Assembly: GCF_036321535.1 (NCBI RefSeq)
Contig: NC_087437.1
Coordinates: 44,022,001-44,086,000, forward strand
DNA length: 64,000 nucleotides
DNA from: Camelus dromedarius
Taxonomy: Eukaryota
Direction: 5' to 3'
Shown: positions 51,939-64,000 of the stretch, in pieces
Position numbering within the stretch: the first letter of the stretch is position 1
Layout: every line of letters begins with the position of its first letter
The notes under the pieces: model-generated
What the model was told of the DNA's origin: nothing
Seen by the model: the letters and a program-made list of their open reading frames with translations, nothing else
Database searches by the model: none
Program-made: the position numbers and the translations under genes

Positions 51939-53214
51939 GTGCTGGGCCAGATCCAGGTAGAGGCAACAGCTTATGATCTAGTCCTACCTGGTCTCTTGAG
52001 AGTGGATAGGCCTTAATTTTCTGGAGGAGTGGGTTTAAAATTTAGTGAAAATAAGCACAAATGAGCATTACAGTGGTTGCAATTTATAGAAGTTAGAATT
52101 GACTGTAATTAGGAAGAAAGAATTGATTTAACGGCAAATATCAGAGGACATCAAACTTTTCACGTCTCCCCAAACCCTGGTGAGATATGTGATTGAGCTA
52201 TTGTCCAGGCTAATTTTCCCATCTAGTGTGAGATCTTTCTAATTGCCAGTTCCTTTTTCCACCAAACACGTCCCTTGAAACTTCAGCATAAGTACCTTAA
52301 ATTGTAAAAACTGCCTTTTGTGGGTCACATCGCCTGGAGTTAACATTCAGGTTCTAAGTTGTCTTCCTCATTGCCCATCCAGCACCATTATGCTTCATTA
52401 CACCAAAGTTTCTTGGTGTCCACTAGATAGGCTCCTGCCAGTCACTGTCCACTGCTGTTACAATACTTAACAGAACCCATGCCCTGACTGACACATGCCA
52501 GAGGTGCTGAGCCCAGATGCCTTTGCCAGGTCTTATCCTGCTAAGCTGCCAAGTGATAGTTCCTGTCATTGGGACGTGTTTATGTAAATGTCCATTGGTC
52601 GGCTTTATCTTTGACTTCTTATTTTCTGTTTCTTTTTCTCAATCCTCCAGAAACAGATTATCAAGAATATCTAAGCTCAGTTAGAATGGTTCTTTTATTC
52701 TCTTTTATATTTTTGTTTTCCTGTGAAGTTCCTAATGTAGAGCTGAGTAAATAAACAAAGAATGCCCTGGCAGGGAAGTGCAAAGGTTTTGGCTCCAATC
52801 AAACTGCAAAGTTTGTGGTTGCAATTTGGGCCAGCAAATAAACTAGCTGCCAATAGAACAGAAATACAGGAGTAAAGAGATTGATTAGAAACTATCACCG
52901 CAATTTCAGTCTGGGATAGTTTGATATAGGTTATGTAACAATCCTGAGAGGAGCAAGTCACCTCAACAAGTTGGTGGAAGCGGAGAAAAGAGAAGTTTCA
53001 GACTACACAGAAAACCATTCTGGCAAGTTACTATTTATTTGGTTTAGCTTTAGCAATTTCATTTTTCTTTCTTTGAGTCAGAGAATGATAAACTGGTTTG
53101 GAGAAGGCAATGTTTTTCCTGGCAGTACATTCAGTGAGGAAATCATGAATAACTTTATAAGTAAGCATAATTAGACAGTTAATAGGTATATAATCATGAC
53201 TTTAGCTGGGAGGT

Positions 53215-53465
53215 AGCACAGTTTAGTGTTTGAGTGAGTGAGCTTTTGTGAGAGATTGAACTAGGTGTACGTTCTAACTCTGATCGTTACTGCTGATGAC
53301 CCTGGCGTGTAACATCAACTCTGAGCCCAGGCTCTTCTTTTATAAAGTGGAAATTATAACACCTAACATGGGGAAGTTATTATGTGGGTAAGTCAGATAC
53401 TGGAAGGCATGCTCTCCAGTGCTTGACTCAAAGTGAACTGCTTAATTATTGTCAATATTATCATT
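53215..53465 (+). mobile_element. MIR SINE
   Basis: ctctgagcccaggctcttctttataaagtggaaattataacaccta...tattatcattatt. Confidence 0.65.
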
Positions 53466-54293
53466 ATTTAATTATTGAAGATATATTTAGGAAGTTTTTA
53501 AAGAATCCTGTTTTTTCATAGAAAAAATTAGGCAGATTACTACATTTTTTTATCTATAGCATGAGCAGACTATAGAATATGCTTAAAAGTTTGAAAAATG
53601 TGTTGATCAGTCTAAAAAGCCTTGGTCTCTTTGATGGAGTTATTTAATATTTCTCTCAATTACCTCATTTTGTCAAAAATCATTTATTTGACTGAAGATT
53701 TTTGCTTTATTATTCTATAACTAATCTTTAAAAATTATATGGTTTTTACATTCTCATTTTTATTTTTAATTTTGCTGATACATTTTTGCAAAAAAATCTT
53801 CATATTTGCAATTTAATGCTAACGTATTTTTAATAAATTAATACAGTATGCCTTTAATTTCTTTAATCTATCCCTATGGAATTTATTTTAAACTTGGGGT
53901 TGAATGATTAAAATGGGTTTATTTTTATGTTTATTTTTAAATAAAAGCAACCAAAAGTATGACATCTTTTGTCATAGTTAAGTATAACATCTAACCAATG
54001 TTTAGCTCCTTCAACTAGTTTTTTAAAGGTAATGTTTAATTTCCATTTTTTCCTAAATATTTTATATTATTTTACTATTGGTCTTTTGTTTCCATGGATT
54101 TATTATTATCATTGATATTTGTTATTTAAATGCACTATTATATTGTACTTGTATTATATTGCTTTCAGAAAATGTTGCCTATAACATTGTTCAGACTTTT
54201 TTTCATCTACTTGATATGACAAAGGCTAAATTTTAGAAGTGTTTTAACATATTGGTGAAAGAATTTCCTGCCTGCATTGTTTGAATGAAGTTA

Positions 54294-54854
54294 TGTATTA
54301 GTCAGGGTTTTCCAGAGAAACAGAACCAATAGGATATATAGAGATAGTAGAAAGATATTTATTAGGAAAAATTAGCTCATAGAATTTTGAACTGAGAAGT
54401 CCCATAAGCTGCCATCTGCTAGGTGGAGGACCAGGAAAGCGGGTGGTGTAATTCCAGTCCCAACTCAAAGACTTAAGACCCAGAGGAGCCAACGAAGTAA
54501 GTTCCAGTCTGAATCTGAAGGCCCTAAACTAGAAGGCCAATGGCCTAGTTCTGGTTCAAGTCTAGAGGCCAAAGAATCAGAAGCATCGATGTCTGAGGTC
54601 AGGAGGAGATCAATGTTCCAGCTTAAGCAGAGAATGAATTCATCTTACCTCTACCTTTTTGTTCTATTTGGACTTTCAGCAGTTTGGATCACCCTCATCC
54701 ACACTGGTGAGGAGAATCTTCTTTACTCAGTCTACATTTCAAATGCTAATCTCTTCCAGAAACACCTTTACAGACACCCCAGAAATAATGTTTTACCAGC
54801 TAACTGAGGCATCCTTTAGCCCAATCAAGTTGACACATAAAATTAAGCATCACA
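54294..54854 (-). mobile_element. MLT2-type ERVL solo LTR
   Basis: tgtattagtcagggttttccagagaaacagaaccaatagga...caagttgacacataaaattaagcatcaca. Confidence 0.92.
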
Positions 54855-56279
54855 GGCCATGAGTCCAATTACATATATAAACTTTTAAAAAATAAATTAT
54901 GTATTTAAGTGTATTATTGGTATACCTATTAATCTGTTTGCTTTAATTTTCCAAATACATAAAAGTGAGACCAAAGTTGGAGTATTAGAATATTCCAGAT
55001 TTTTTTTTATATTAATGTACCTTTCATTGTATGTTTTATAGTATGATTTGTACTGGACCATGAAGACGCAGCAAAGTAAAGCACAGAAAATGCAACTTGG
55101 GCATTCCTATATTCTAGCAGCATACTTTTCCTTCATTTCACCCTTTTGAAAAGGAGTATAATTTTCCTCTTTTTTTAATATTTTCTTTCATTTTATTTCA
55201 TTTCTCTCCTTGAGAAATTATTTAAAATAGCTAACAGTCTATCCCAGATCTAAACCTTATTGTCTATTGTCTCGTACTATTGAAATAAAAAAAAACTTTT
55301 GCTTTTCCAGTGACCAAATTTAAAGATGTAGAGGCCTCCATATTTTTTTCCTTAAGACAGAAATTATCTGTACTTTTCTATACATATTACAATAAAATAT
55401 ATTAGATTCCCATCTCTATACACTGTGTATCAGATAGCATTTTCTATGAATTCATATTTAGAACAAGAAGTAATCTATTCTGTCATATCTATTTGGACAG
55501 TCATGTAGCAAAATCATAATTTATGAGTAAAGAGACACACATAAACGTGAACGCTTGTGAGGGGAACTGTGCACATAATGCACAAGTTTGCCTTTGAGGA
55601 AAGTTATCACTGTGAGTTCAAACAAAGGAAATAGAAACATGATATTAGACTTTATCTATACTCACAGTGCCTGCCAAGTTGGAATAGGATCCACTATGTG
55701 ACAAAAGAGTGGTGTGTAATTATTAATTTTGATCAGTCAACAAATATTAAGATGTTAGGTTGTTTAAAAAAAAAAAAAGCACCGCATTAGAGTCTGAAGG
55801 CCTGGAATCAAATTCAGTGGGAAGTTGGGCAATTCTGTTATTCCTCATCCAGAATAATAGGGTTAGTAACATTAAAGATTAATGGATTGCATGTATTAGT
55901 GAAAAAGCAATTCAAAATACTCATTAATATAGTTCAATAGGCTATTTGTATTAAAGAACACACAAGTGATATTAGAAGATAAATATTTTCATCTTAATTG
56001 TTTTCAGACACTTAAAAATTAACTCAAGTGCTTTTAATATTATTTTTCCACCTTTGTCTAAGGTACATCTTATAATCAATCTCTTTCATTAAAAGATGAT
56101 ACATTTCATACATTTCTGTCTAGGCCTTGTCCAAACTGTCATTAGTTTAGAACTTACATAGTCTGAATTACTGAATTCCTTTTGTTCAGGTACCTGAGTG
56201 TCTATTTCTATTGCTTTGATCATCCTTTCATTGTATTTTTTTAATTAAAGTCATTTTGTAAGCCCAGAACTCTGTTGAG

Positions 56280-57140
56280 TGTCAAGTATACATATGAGAG
56301 GCAAAGCCCTTGATCTTTAGTGGAAAAGATACAAACATACACAGATAATGGATAGACACAAAAGTTAGAGTAAAATCAAATCATAATAAGAACACCTCTA
56401 CCTCTGTCTGAGGAAGCTGGATAAGCCTTTAAGATCAGAGATGTGTATTGATATAAAATGACAAGTTTCTGTTGAGTGCAATATAAGGTTCTGTCCAACA
56501 CCCAGGACAGTACAAGGAATATGGTTGTTACCGAATGAAGAAAGAATGGAGAGGGTAATATGCTGACGTACAAAAGCATACAAGAACACAGCTCTCTTGG
56601 GGTGTAGAGAGACCCTGGATATTACTAATATACAGGTACATGAGATTTGGTGAGGGAACGGCCAGAAATGAATGTGAAGAAGTAGCTTGGAGACTGATCA
56701 CCAGGACCTTGCAATTATTCACTAAGATTACTAGATTATATCCTACACACAAACCAGATAGTAGAGATTGGGCAGTGGGAGAGTGATGTCTCCAACCTGT
56801 TATTTAGGAAGGTGCCTGCAATGATGCTACAAGAGAAGAACTTGTTGAAGAGATTGCTTTAAGAATGTAAGAGAGAATAAAGCTATCATAGAAGTTTAGA
56901 TGGAGTTTTAAAAGAAGTAGAAAATTTCAAAGGCATTTCTAGAGTAAAACTAACAGTATTTCATGACTGACTGAGTTTAGAAAGTGATGGAGAAATAGGA
57001 AAAGAGTATTCATTCCATGCACACACTCAACCTTTTATCTATATTCTCATTAAATCTACATAGTTAGACATTGGTTTAGGTATGGGGGCCACAGAGACAA
57101 ATTCGACACAATTTTTGCTCTTATAGAACTCACTGCTCAG
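56280..57140 (-). mobile_element. Degenerate L2 fragments
   Basis: Purine-rich L2-like text; boundaries approximate. Confidence 0.45.
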
Positions 57141-58869
57141 TGTTTCTTCCAGTGAGATTTTAGTTTTGATGATCATGACAGTGATTGATGCATGCTTTCC
57201 TGATGTATAGGAGAAGACTAATCTTTCCCAAAATATAGAAATGAATCAGTAGATTAAGTCTGATTGCTATCTTGAAATCTTTAATCTTTTGTCTTCAATA
57301 TTTTGATGTCACTGGGCTAGTATGCTACTCTCTGTTTCTTCCTAAATGACTTGTGAATGAAAATACATGTGCTGGGCTTTTCAAGAATAATTTATTACTG
57401 CATTAGAGAGAAATAGAAATGCATTACCCCCCAGATTTTTATTGCAGTTTGCTTTTGAATATTTGTGGATTCAAATTGAGTAGAGAGGATGTTAAGTAGT
57501 GTGCAGATTTTTTTAATTGTCTATAATAAGAAGCTAATTGGTGTTTTCCTTAAAGAATGAATTTAAGGAAATGTGATTTGAAAAGTGTAGTGTTGTTAAT
57601 CGCACTGATCCAAGTAGTAGAAACTATTGATTGAGTAAAATAAGCAGTTTTGATTGTTTAACTGCAGGATTCATTCTGGCAAATGAGAATTAAATGGTTT
57701 TAATAATTACAATATTTAATACAAGAAAACTCTGACCTAACTCTGGGTGTACTTTTATAAAGATTAACTCATTTAATTATGTGACCTGAATTCTGCATTC
57801 TGCCCCTCCATCATCTGCTCACCATACCCTCTTCATCATCCCACCTCCTCTGCTCCCAGTACTGTTCATCTAACCCACAGCTTCCTACTGTTAGAATCCC
57901 TCTGCTCTGCAAGTGGCTCTCTCATACCAAATGCAACAAATAGGTACAACTCTAGCTACCTTCTATGGCATCCACGTGGTCCACCAGAAACTCATAGATC
58001 CTTGCCATGCCAAATGATGGATATATAAGCTGACCCACTGGTATGTTGTATTTTAGCTGTTCTATCTCTCTCCAATACTCCTTTCTTACTACTTAGACAG
58101 GCTCTGAGACAGATCTTCTGGTTAGCTGCCCAAACAGACATCTAGCCAGGAAATGATATGCCTGAATCCCTTTCTTGAAGGCTCCTCATGTAGTCTCTCA
58201 TTAATATCTCTATATCCTATTCGTGGCTTTAAAGAGAGACAACAGCCTCTCAGCAGGAACATTGATTCCTCACAAGACAGAGGACTTAATAACAACCCTG
58301 TCCCTTTATAGATTCTACACAGGAGATGAAGTGATGACCAGTGGTAGCAGGGCCAGTTCCACCTCCTTTTAGTAAGCTCGTGTCTCATCACTACTTTAGG
58401 TGGCTCATAGACCATCCTCTTTTAAACATGGCACACTTAACACCTTTGACAATTCTACACCAAAAGGAAAAGTCTCACCTGCCATCCTGTTGCAGGTATA
58501 TCCTTCTATACACACCTACATACAGAATGAACTCTGGACACCCTTAGTTATTCTAATCACTAAAGCAACAGAAAAGTAAGCTCCCAAACAATGAGAGAAC
58601 ACTCTCTCAGAGAGCCTTGACTTTCACTTTGTCCAAAAGTGAAGGATTAAAACCTCAGAATTATATACAAATTTAGTTTAATGGTTTTACAAATTTGGTT
58701 GTTTGGTTTTCACTTCAGTTCTCCCAAATGGAAGAGCTCTGTGTTCATACACTGAGAAATGACAGCTGTTGATAAAGAATGGACACATCCTCCCACAGTC
58801 CCCTAATGTTACTGCTATAAGTATAGTATGTTTAAGAAAATAGGAAAGTCTATAAAAAATAAATTCTTT

Positions 58870-59225
58870 TATGATTTTATTGAGGTAATTCATATATCCC
58901 AAATTTACTTGTTTAAAGTGTACAGTTCAGTAGCCTTTATTGTATTCAGAATTGTGCAACCTTTACCACAATCAGTTTTACTACACTTTTCTCACCCCCT
59001 AAAAATCACCCCATACCCTTTAGCAGTCACTTTCTATCTCTTCATCTTCCTGGGCTCTGGCAACCAGGAATCTACTTTCTGCCTGTATAGATCTGTCTAT
59101 TCTGAACATTTCATAAAAAATAGAATCATACAATGTTCAGTCTCTTGTGACTGGCTTGTTTCATTTAGATATTGTTTTCAAGGTTCAGGCATGTTTTAGC
59201 ATGTATCAGTATCTCATTCATTTTT
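58870..59225 (-). mobile_element. L1MB-like 3' end
   Basis: tttattgaggtaattcatata...aaagtgtacagttcagt...ttcagaattgtgcaacc...tggcaaccaggaatctactttctg. Confidence 0.85.
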
Positions 59226-59268
59226 TTCTATTACAGAAAAACATTATAAATAAATTGTAAAGACTCTC

Positions 59269-59619
59269 TGTTGCAAACTGGGTTCTCCACAAAGGTGCTT
59301 AGAAATGGCATTAGGCATGCAAGCTTTATGGGTGAGCTGCATCTGTGAAAGGAAACGCGCAGAAGCAGGATTGTACAGGGAGGCTGACAGACCACAATGC
59401 ACTTCTGCCATCAGGGTCCCTAGAGGAAAGATCACTCACTGGAGGAGTTCTCCATTAGGAGGAAATCACTAGGCTCTTGTACTGCTGCCTTTCTTGGTGA
59501 TTGGTCAGGAGCTGTCCTGAGAATAAGTGAGGCAAACCACATTCCTTGCTGGTGGGGCGCAAGTCCTTTCTTAACGGACAATCTGGTGTCACATCTCTGT
59601 AGCTACCATGGCTACAACA
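59269..59619 (-). mobile_element. ERVL LTR (LTR16/LTR33-like)
   Basis: tgttgcaaactgggttctcc...ctgtgaaaggaaacgcgcagaagcaggattg...ctacaaca; TG...CA ends. Confidence 0.6.
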
Positions 59620-62118
59620 AGCATCTGTTAATTAAAAAAAAAAAAAAAAAAAAAGAGCTTCCGTTATTTGGATGTGCTCTCCAAAAATCCTGGCTTAAAT
59701 ATAAGCCTCCATTGCATATTCATTTACTGTCTTTTCTTTCTCAGCAGTTGGAAGGCAGGGGCTCTCACCTTCTTCCTTGTTGAGTCAACTTTCTTCAAGT
59801 AAGAACCTTTACACACTGAGAGCTCAATAAATGCTGTTAATTGATCAACCTAGACAAGCATGACAAATATTTCTTACTTGGACCTAAAGTCTTCTTTCTG
59901 GCACACGAAGAAAGAGCATGGTAATTCTTACAAGTCTACACCGAGATGTTCCACAGGTTTACAAAGTGCATGTGAAACTTGGCCTGAGGCTGTTGGGTAT
60001 ACAATTAGAGCAATGATACCAGAAATAGAAATCATGATTCCATACAATGCTTACTGCTCCCAGCACACTGACAGACCTTCTCAGCCCTGGGTGCCCATGT
60101 GTAGGTAAGAGGCTTTAAGACTTGCACCTTTTTTCACACTGCAGCTCCACAGCTCCAGAACCACTTCTTATTGAAATCTTCTAATGAGTAACATTGAACC
60201 CTATGCTCCATCCCGTCCCCAGGTGCCCGAAACCTTCCGGAATTCCACATAGTTCATTGTGAACTGGCAAACTAATTTGTACTCCCTCAGCCATGAAATT
60301 TGCCATTCAGAAAACTACATATTCATAATTTGAGAACCTGCAAATGATGCACTGAAACTGACAGATGATCTAATCTCTGGGTACAAATTGCTTTTGAGTT
60401 TACTTACTGAAAATGGAAGAGACTTCTCTCAGGTCAATGATGAATCTTTATATACTTTTTATGAATCATGATGGCAGTGTGATAAAATTAAGAAATTTCA
60501 CTGATTCAGTTATGAAGGATTTCGTTGCTCACCATGCATGATAAACTCGCATCATTGTTTACACATAATATACATATTTAAGGACATAATTCATTTCAGA
60601 ATGCAGGGCACACTGTGTGATCATAGAGAAAACTTTCTGAAAAAATTTCCCTTAAATTCCCTTGGGGCAAAGGCAATGTAAACAACTTTGGAAAGTAGGA
60701 CAAAACCATACATCATCAGGAATTAATTAACTAAATATGATTGCTTCATACATTTTAATTTCAATCATATTAATAATAATAAAGTGATTATGTCATTTGT
60801 CAATTATCGTAATCTTTTCATGGGACAAAATACTGCAGTCTCCTTGATAACTTGGGCCCTGGGCCAGAAACCACTGTCCTACCTCCTTGTAAGGAACCTC
60901 TCTTTCTGAAATATACACTTAAATTAGAAGAATATTTTGACCAAAACATACGTGTATTTTATAGTTTATTTTATTAGTGTTTGAAAAATTATGATACAAC
61001 CCTTTGCCTCCAAGTGTCCCCCTTTCTCTGTTTTAACACAAGGACATGGTGGAAATTAATACATGAAACTAGAACTCAAGCCCCTCAAGTGATTAAAGAG
61101 TTTGAAAATATTTTTAAAAATATGTATTTATACTTAAAAAATTGTTAACTGTTAGATGTAGAGAAGCAACAGTACATTTCCTGAAGATGATGGATGTCAA
61201 ATGTACCTAATACTGCCTAATGTAGGCCTGAGAACACTACGCCTCCTGTAAGAAAGCAATAACTTGGCTGTTAAATTGTATTATTCTTTCTGTGCTGATG
61301 AGAGATTTGATTTCCTGAAGGACTGAAAGTTAAAGGAATTAAAATACAGCAAAGGATATCTCTCCTTTCAACCTGTTCTGTTCAGCGTGGAGCTTGATCC
61401 ATCCATCTCCTGTTTCTGCTGTCTGAACCTCCCCCTTCCACATACACGTGTATGTGTGCACGATTCTCCATCTTCCTTCATGGTTCAACAGCCTTCATCT
61501 TCAGTTTTCTTTTGAATAGTTGGCAGACGGACTTCAAGGAAAATCAAAGTGGTCTTTTGAATGCCAGAAAATGATCTCAAAAAAGGTACCTAGACCAAAG
61601 CATTATTAGGAACGTATCTTTTAGAGGTGATGTAGTGCCAGCATTCCAGGCCCATGCCAATCACACAAGCAGATTTTCAGCCATCAAGTACTGATGAATA
61701 CATACTGTCTGCATATTGATACTCTGAAGAGCATGACACTGTTTCCCAAATGGAGAGATGTTCCATGATCTCTCCAGTTCAGAGGAATGTTGAACCCTGT
61801 TCTCAATACCATAGTCTAAGTGTTAAGTTTCCCCAAAGAGAGTCTGCAAATTACCTTAGATAATTCAAGGGAATATTCAATGTGGTCAAGATAAAACTCC
61901 TCCTCATGCGATCTGCCTTGAAGTGTGTGATATCTGTTGGATATAGAGGCAGGCAGAACCCTCAAGTAATTATCACAAGTTCAAAATGACAGAGAGCTAC
62001 ATTTGAGCTATGTGTGAGGAAGAACGAGTTCCAAGTTAGAGCTGTTCAACTTTAAAATAAAGTGTTTTTATTCATTCAGCAGGCATTTTGAGGGGTTACT
62101 CTGCTCAAGTTCTGTTAA

Positions 62119-62183
62119 ATATATATATATGTGTATATGTATATATGTATATATGTATATATGTGTGTGTGTGTGTATATATA
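62119..62183. repeat. (TA)n/(TG)n mixed microsatellite
   Basis: atatatatatatgtgtatatgtatatatg...gtgtgtgtgtgtatatatat. Confidence 0.9.
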
Positions 62184-62329
62184 TTCAATAAAGAAAATGT
62201 GCATTTCCCATTGTTGGAAGCAGGAGTGGGATGGGAAGCCAAGGAAACCAAGATAAGCATTGGCTGGTGGTGTGGAGAGTGGCTTCCTGGACTGGTTGGG
62301 CAGCTGGACCAGATGCTGTCCCCTGGTCC

Positions 62330-62700
62330 CTCCTAGTGCTGAGTTTCAGTGGCTCCATGTTATATAGACACTAGTTAGGAAGACAGTCTGTGGTAAGTGC
62401 AATAAGAGGTATAGAAATAAGTTCTGTAGGATTTAGAGGAGAGGAAAATATTAAGTAATGTTAAAATAATATTAGGAAGCTGTCTAGCGATAAAAATGGG
62501 ATTTGAGGTGGACTGTAAAGGGTGGATAAGACAGTGTAAAAGGAACAAATGGTCTAGGAAGGGGGAACAAAATGAGTGAAGAGCTGAAGAGGCAAGTGTT
62601 CAGGAGGGATAATATTAAGTATCCTGGCCACAATCATGATTTTTTTGTAGAAGAAAGCAGGGACTTAGGCTAGAGAAACAGCAGGATCTTTGTGTGGTGG
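62330..62700 (-). mobile_element. Degenerate L2 fragment
   Basis: gtggtaagtgcaataagagg...gggatttgaggtggactgtaaagggtgg...ggggaacaaaatgagtgaag. Confidence 0.5.
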
Positions 62701-63159
62701 AAAGCGAATGCTTCTCCATTCTGTTATTGATGGAAGGACAAAAGAATACCCCGTGTGTTCATTTGTTACTTAATATAAAAATTTTTGTGCCCCAGGAGAC
62801 AGGTCAGGGTCACTATTTCCTTTTTCTAGCATCCCTAAAATTTTAAATATACTTGGGTCTTTTCTCCATGTAGGGAGGTATGAGAATAGATAGCCATCGT
62901 TTCTGACTGTCAGCCACTGTTGTTGGTTCACTACTGAGATAACAGTTTACTCTTATTTTAGCTGTTAAAGTACTAGATCAGAAACAGGGTTTAAGTAGCA
63001 AATAGATGATCCAGAGAATGACATTGCTTCCCACTGAGTACAAGGTTACACTTCAGTCAAAGGTCTTCTCCAAGTGAAAACAGTTGGAAGATAGAGAAGG
63101 AATGGATGCAAAAGTAGTGTGTATATGTGTCTGTGGGTTTAACAGACTGGTTCTCTCGA

Positions 63160-63647
63160 TTCTCGGTGGTACTTTTACTATTTTATTTGCTTTTACACGG
63201 TTGTCTAATGTGCAAAAATGATTCCAATATTTACATTGACACCAGTGACACAAGAGGATGAAATATATTACAGAAATCTCTGTGTTTATGTATATTTATG
63301 TACATGTGTTAAATGCATATGTTGTAATTTTTGTGAACTACTCACCCAAGTGAGCAATAATAAGGCTAAATTAGGCAATAAAATGAATGTATTCTATCAT
63401 ATTTAAGGTGAAGGTGCTTGCTGTCTCTTGGCTGGTTTTCCTCTATTTCTTAATTACATCCATATTGTGTTTTCATGTGAAGATGAGATGAACATACAGA
63501 TGGCCAAAAAATTTTGTAATGCTGTCTAATGGAGTCAGCATTGTATTCCATACATGTTTTTTAAATAATTTGTATTATTTTAAACATTATGCCTTTTGAA
63601 ACCACCGTGTTTAAGTATAGAATGGAAAATATAATTTTTGTGACTTC
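63160..63647 (-). other. Probable 3' UTR of the minus-strand gene at the right edge
   Basis: AT-rich and repeat-free. Minus strand carries TGTACATA (63297-63304), TGTAAATA (63228-63235), TTTGCACA (63209-63216) and AATAAA (63182-63187). Confidence 0.6.
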
Positions 63648-63998
63648 TCACTTGAGAGTTGCAGCTGAGTGGAAGTATTCACGAGAGTTTCTCGAATGAC
63701 TATAGTCTTTTGTTTCCTTTCCTGACTGGTCCCCTTGAGGCTTTTCTGAATTTCTGCTACAAGTGTTTACTTGATGACAATGAGGATTACTTCTTGGCAT
63801 GAATAGCCCAATGGACACTGTCCCAGATTTGAGAGGTATTTCACTCTGCACTGGAGTTATGGCTAAATCCTGGCCAGTCCTGAGCCTTTGCCGATCTCTG
63901 GCACTGGGATCAGGGATCTTTGTACTCAGTGCAATCAGATAGTGTGCATTTTGCGGCTGTGGCAAACTACTCATCTCTAGGCCAGACTCAGCCCACAG
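63648..63998 (-). CDS. Probable terminal coding exon (partial, open to the window edge) of an unidentified gene, ending ...NSREYFHSAATLK*
   Basis: Frame is open from 63998 (LWAESGLEMSSLPQ...) to TGA at 63648-63650, 116 codons plus stop. The other two minus frames stop within 8 codons of the edge. GC drops right after the stop. I could not recognise the protein. Confidence 0.6.
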   Translation of the reverse strand: MWAESGLEMSSLPQPQNAHYLIALSTKIPDPSARDRQRLRTGQDLAITPVQSEIPLKSGTVSIGLFMPRSNPHCHQVNTCSRNSEKPQGDQSGKETKDYSHSRNSREYFHSAATLK

Positions 63999-64000
63999 AT

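Noticed and set aside
59620..59669. Poly(A) run with possible TSD agcatctgttaatt / agcttccgttattt
   Set aside because: Only 11/14 match; cannot be distinguished from chance.

Overview
AT-rich mammalian genomic DNA, probably camelid. The youngest L1 3' ends look like the camelid/cetartiodactyl type, and I saw no Alu, B1, Bov-tA/BovB, PRE-1 or SINEC elements. The window is mostly intergenic and repeat-rich (L1, L2, MIR, MaLR/ERVL solo LTRs, hAT MITEs). Two coding-type features are supportable. One is an RPL39 processed retrocopy on the minus strand with an intact 51-codon ORF (7470-7625). The other is the probable last coding exon and 3' UTR of an unidentified minus-strand gene entering from the right edge. 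Most notable observations: (1) a ~350-bp TSD-flanked mini-L1 joining an L1 5' end directly to an L1 3' end at a splice-like junction; (2) a separate tailless L1 5'-end insertion; (3) a 32-bp motif duplicated 1.8 kb apart; (4) a possible TATA promoter and first exon that could splice in frame into the RPL39 retrocopy; (5) a young 222-bp inverted templated duplication. Repeat family names come from recalled consensus sequences, not a database search, and boundaries of old repeats are approximate.
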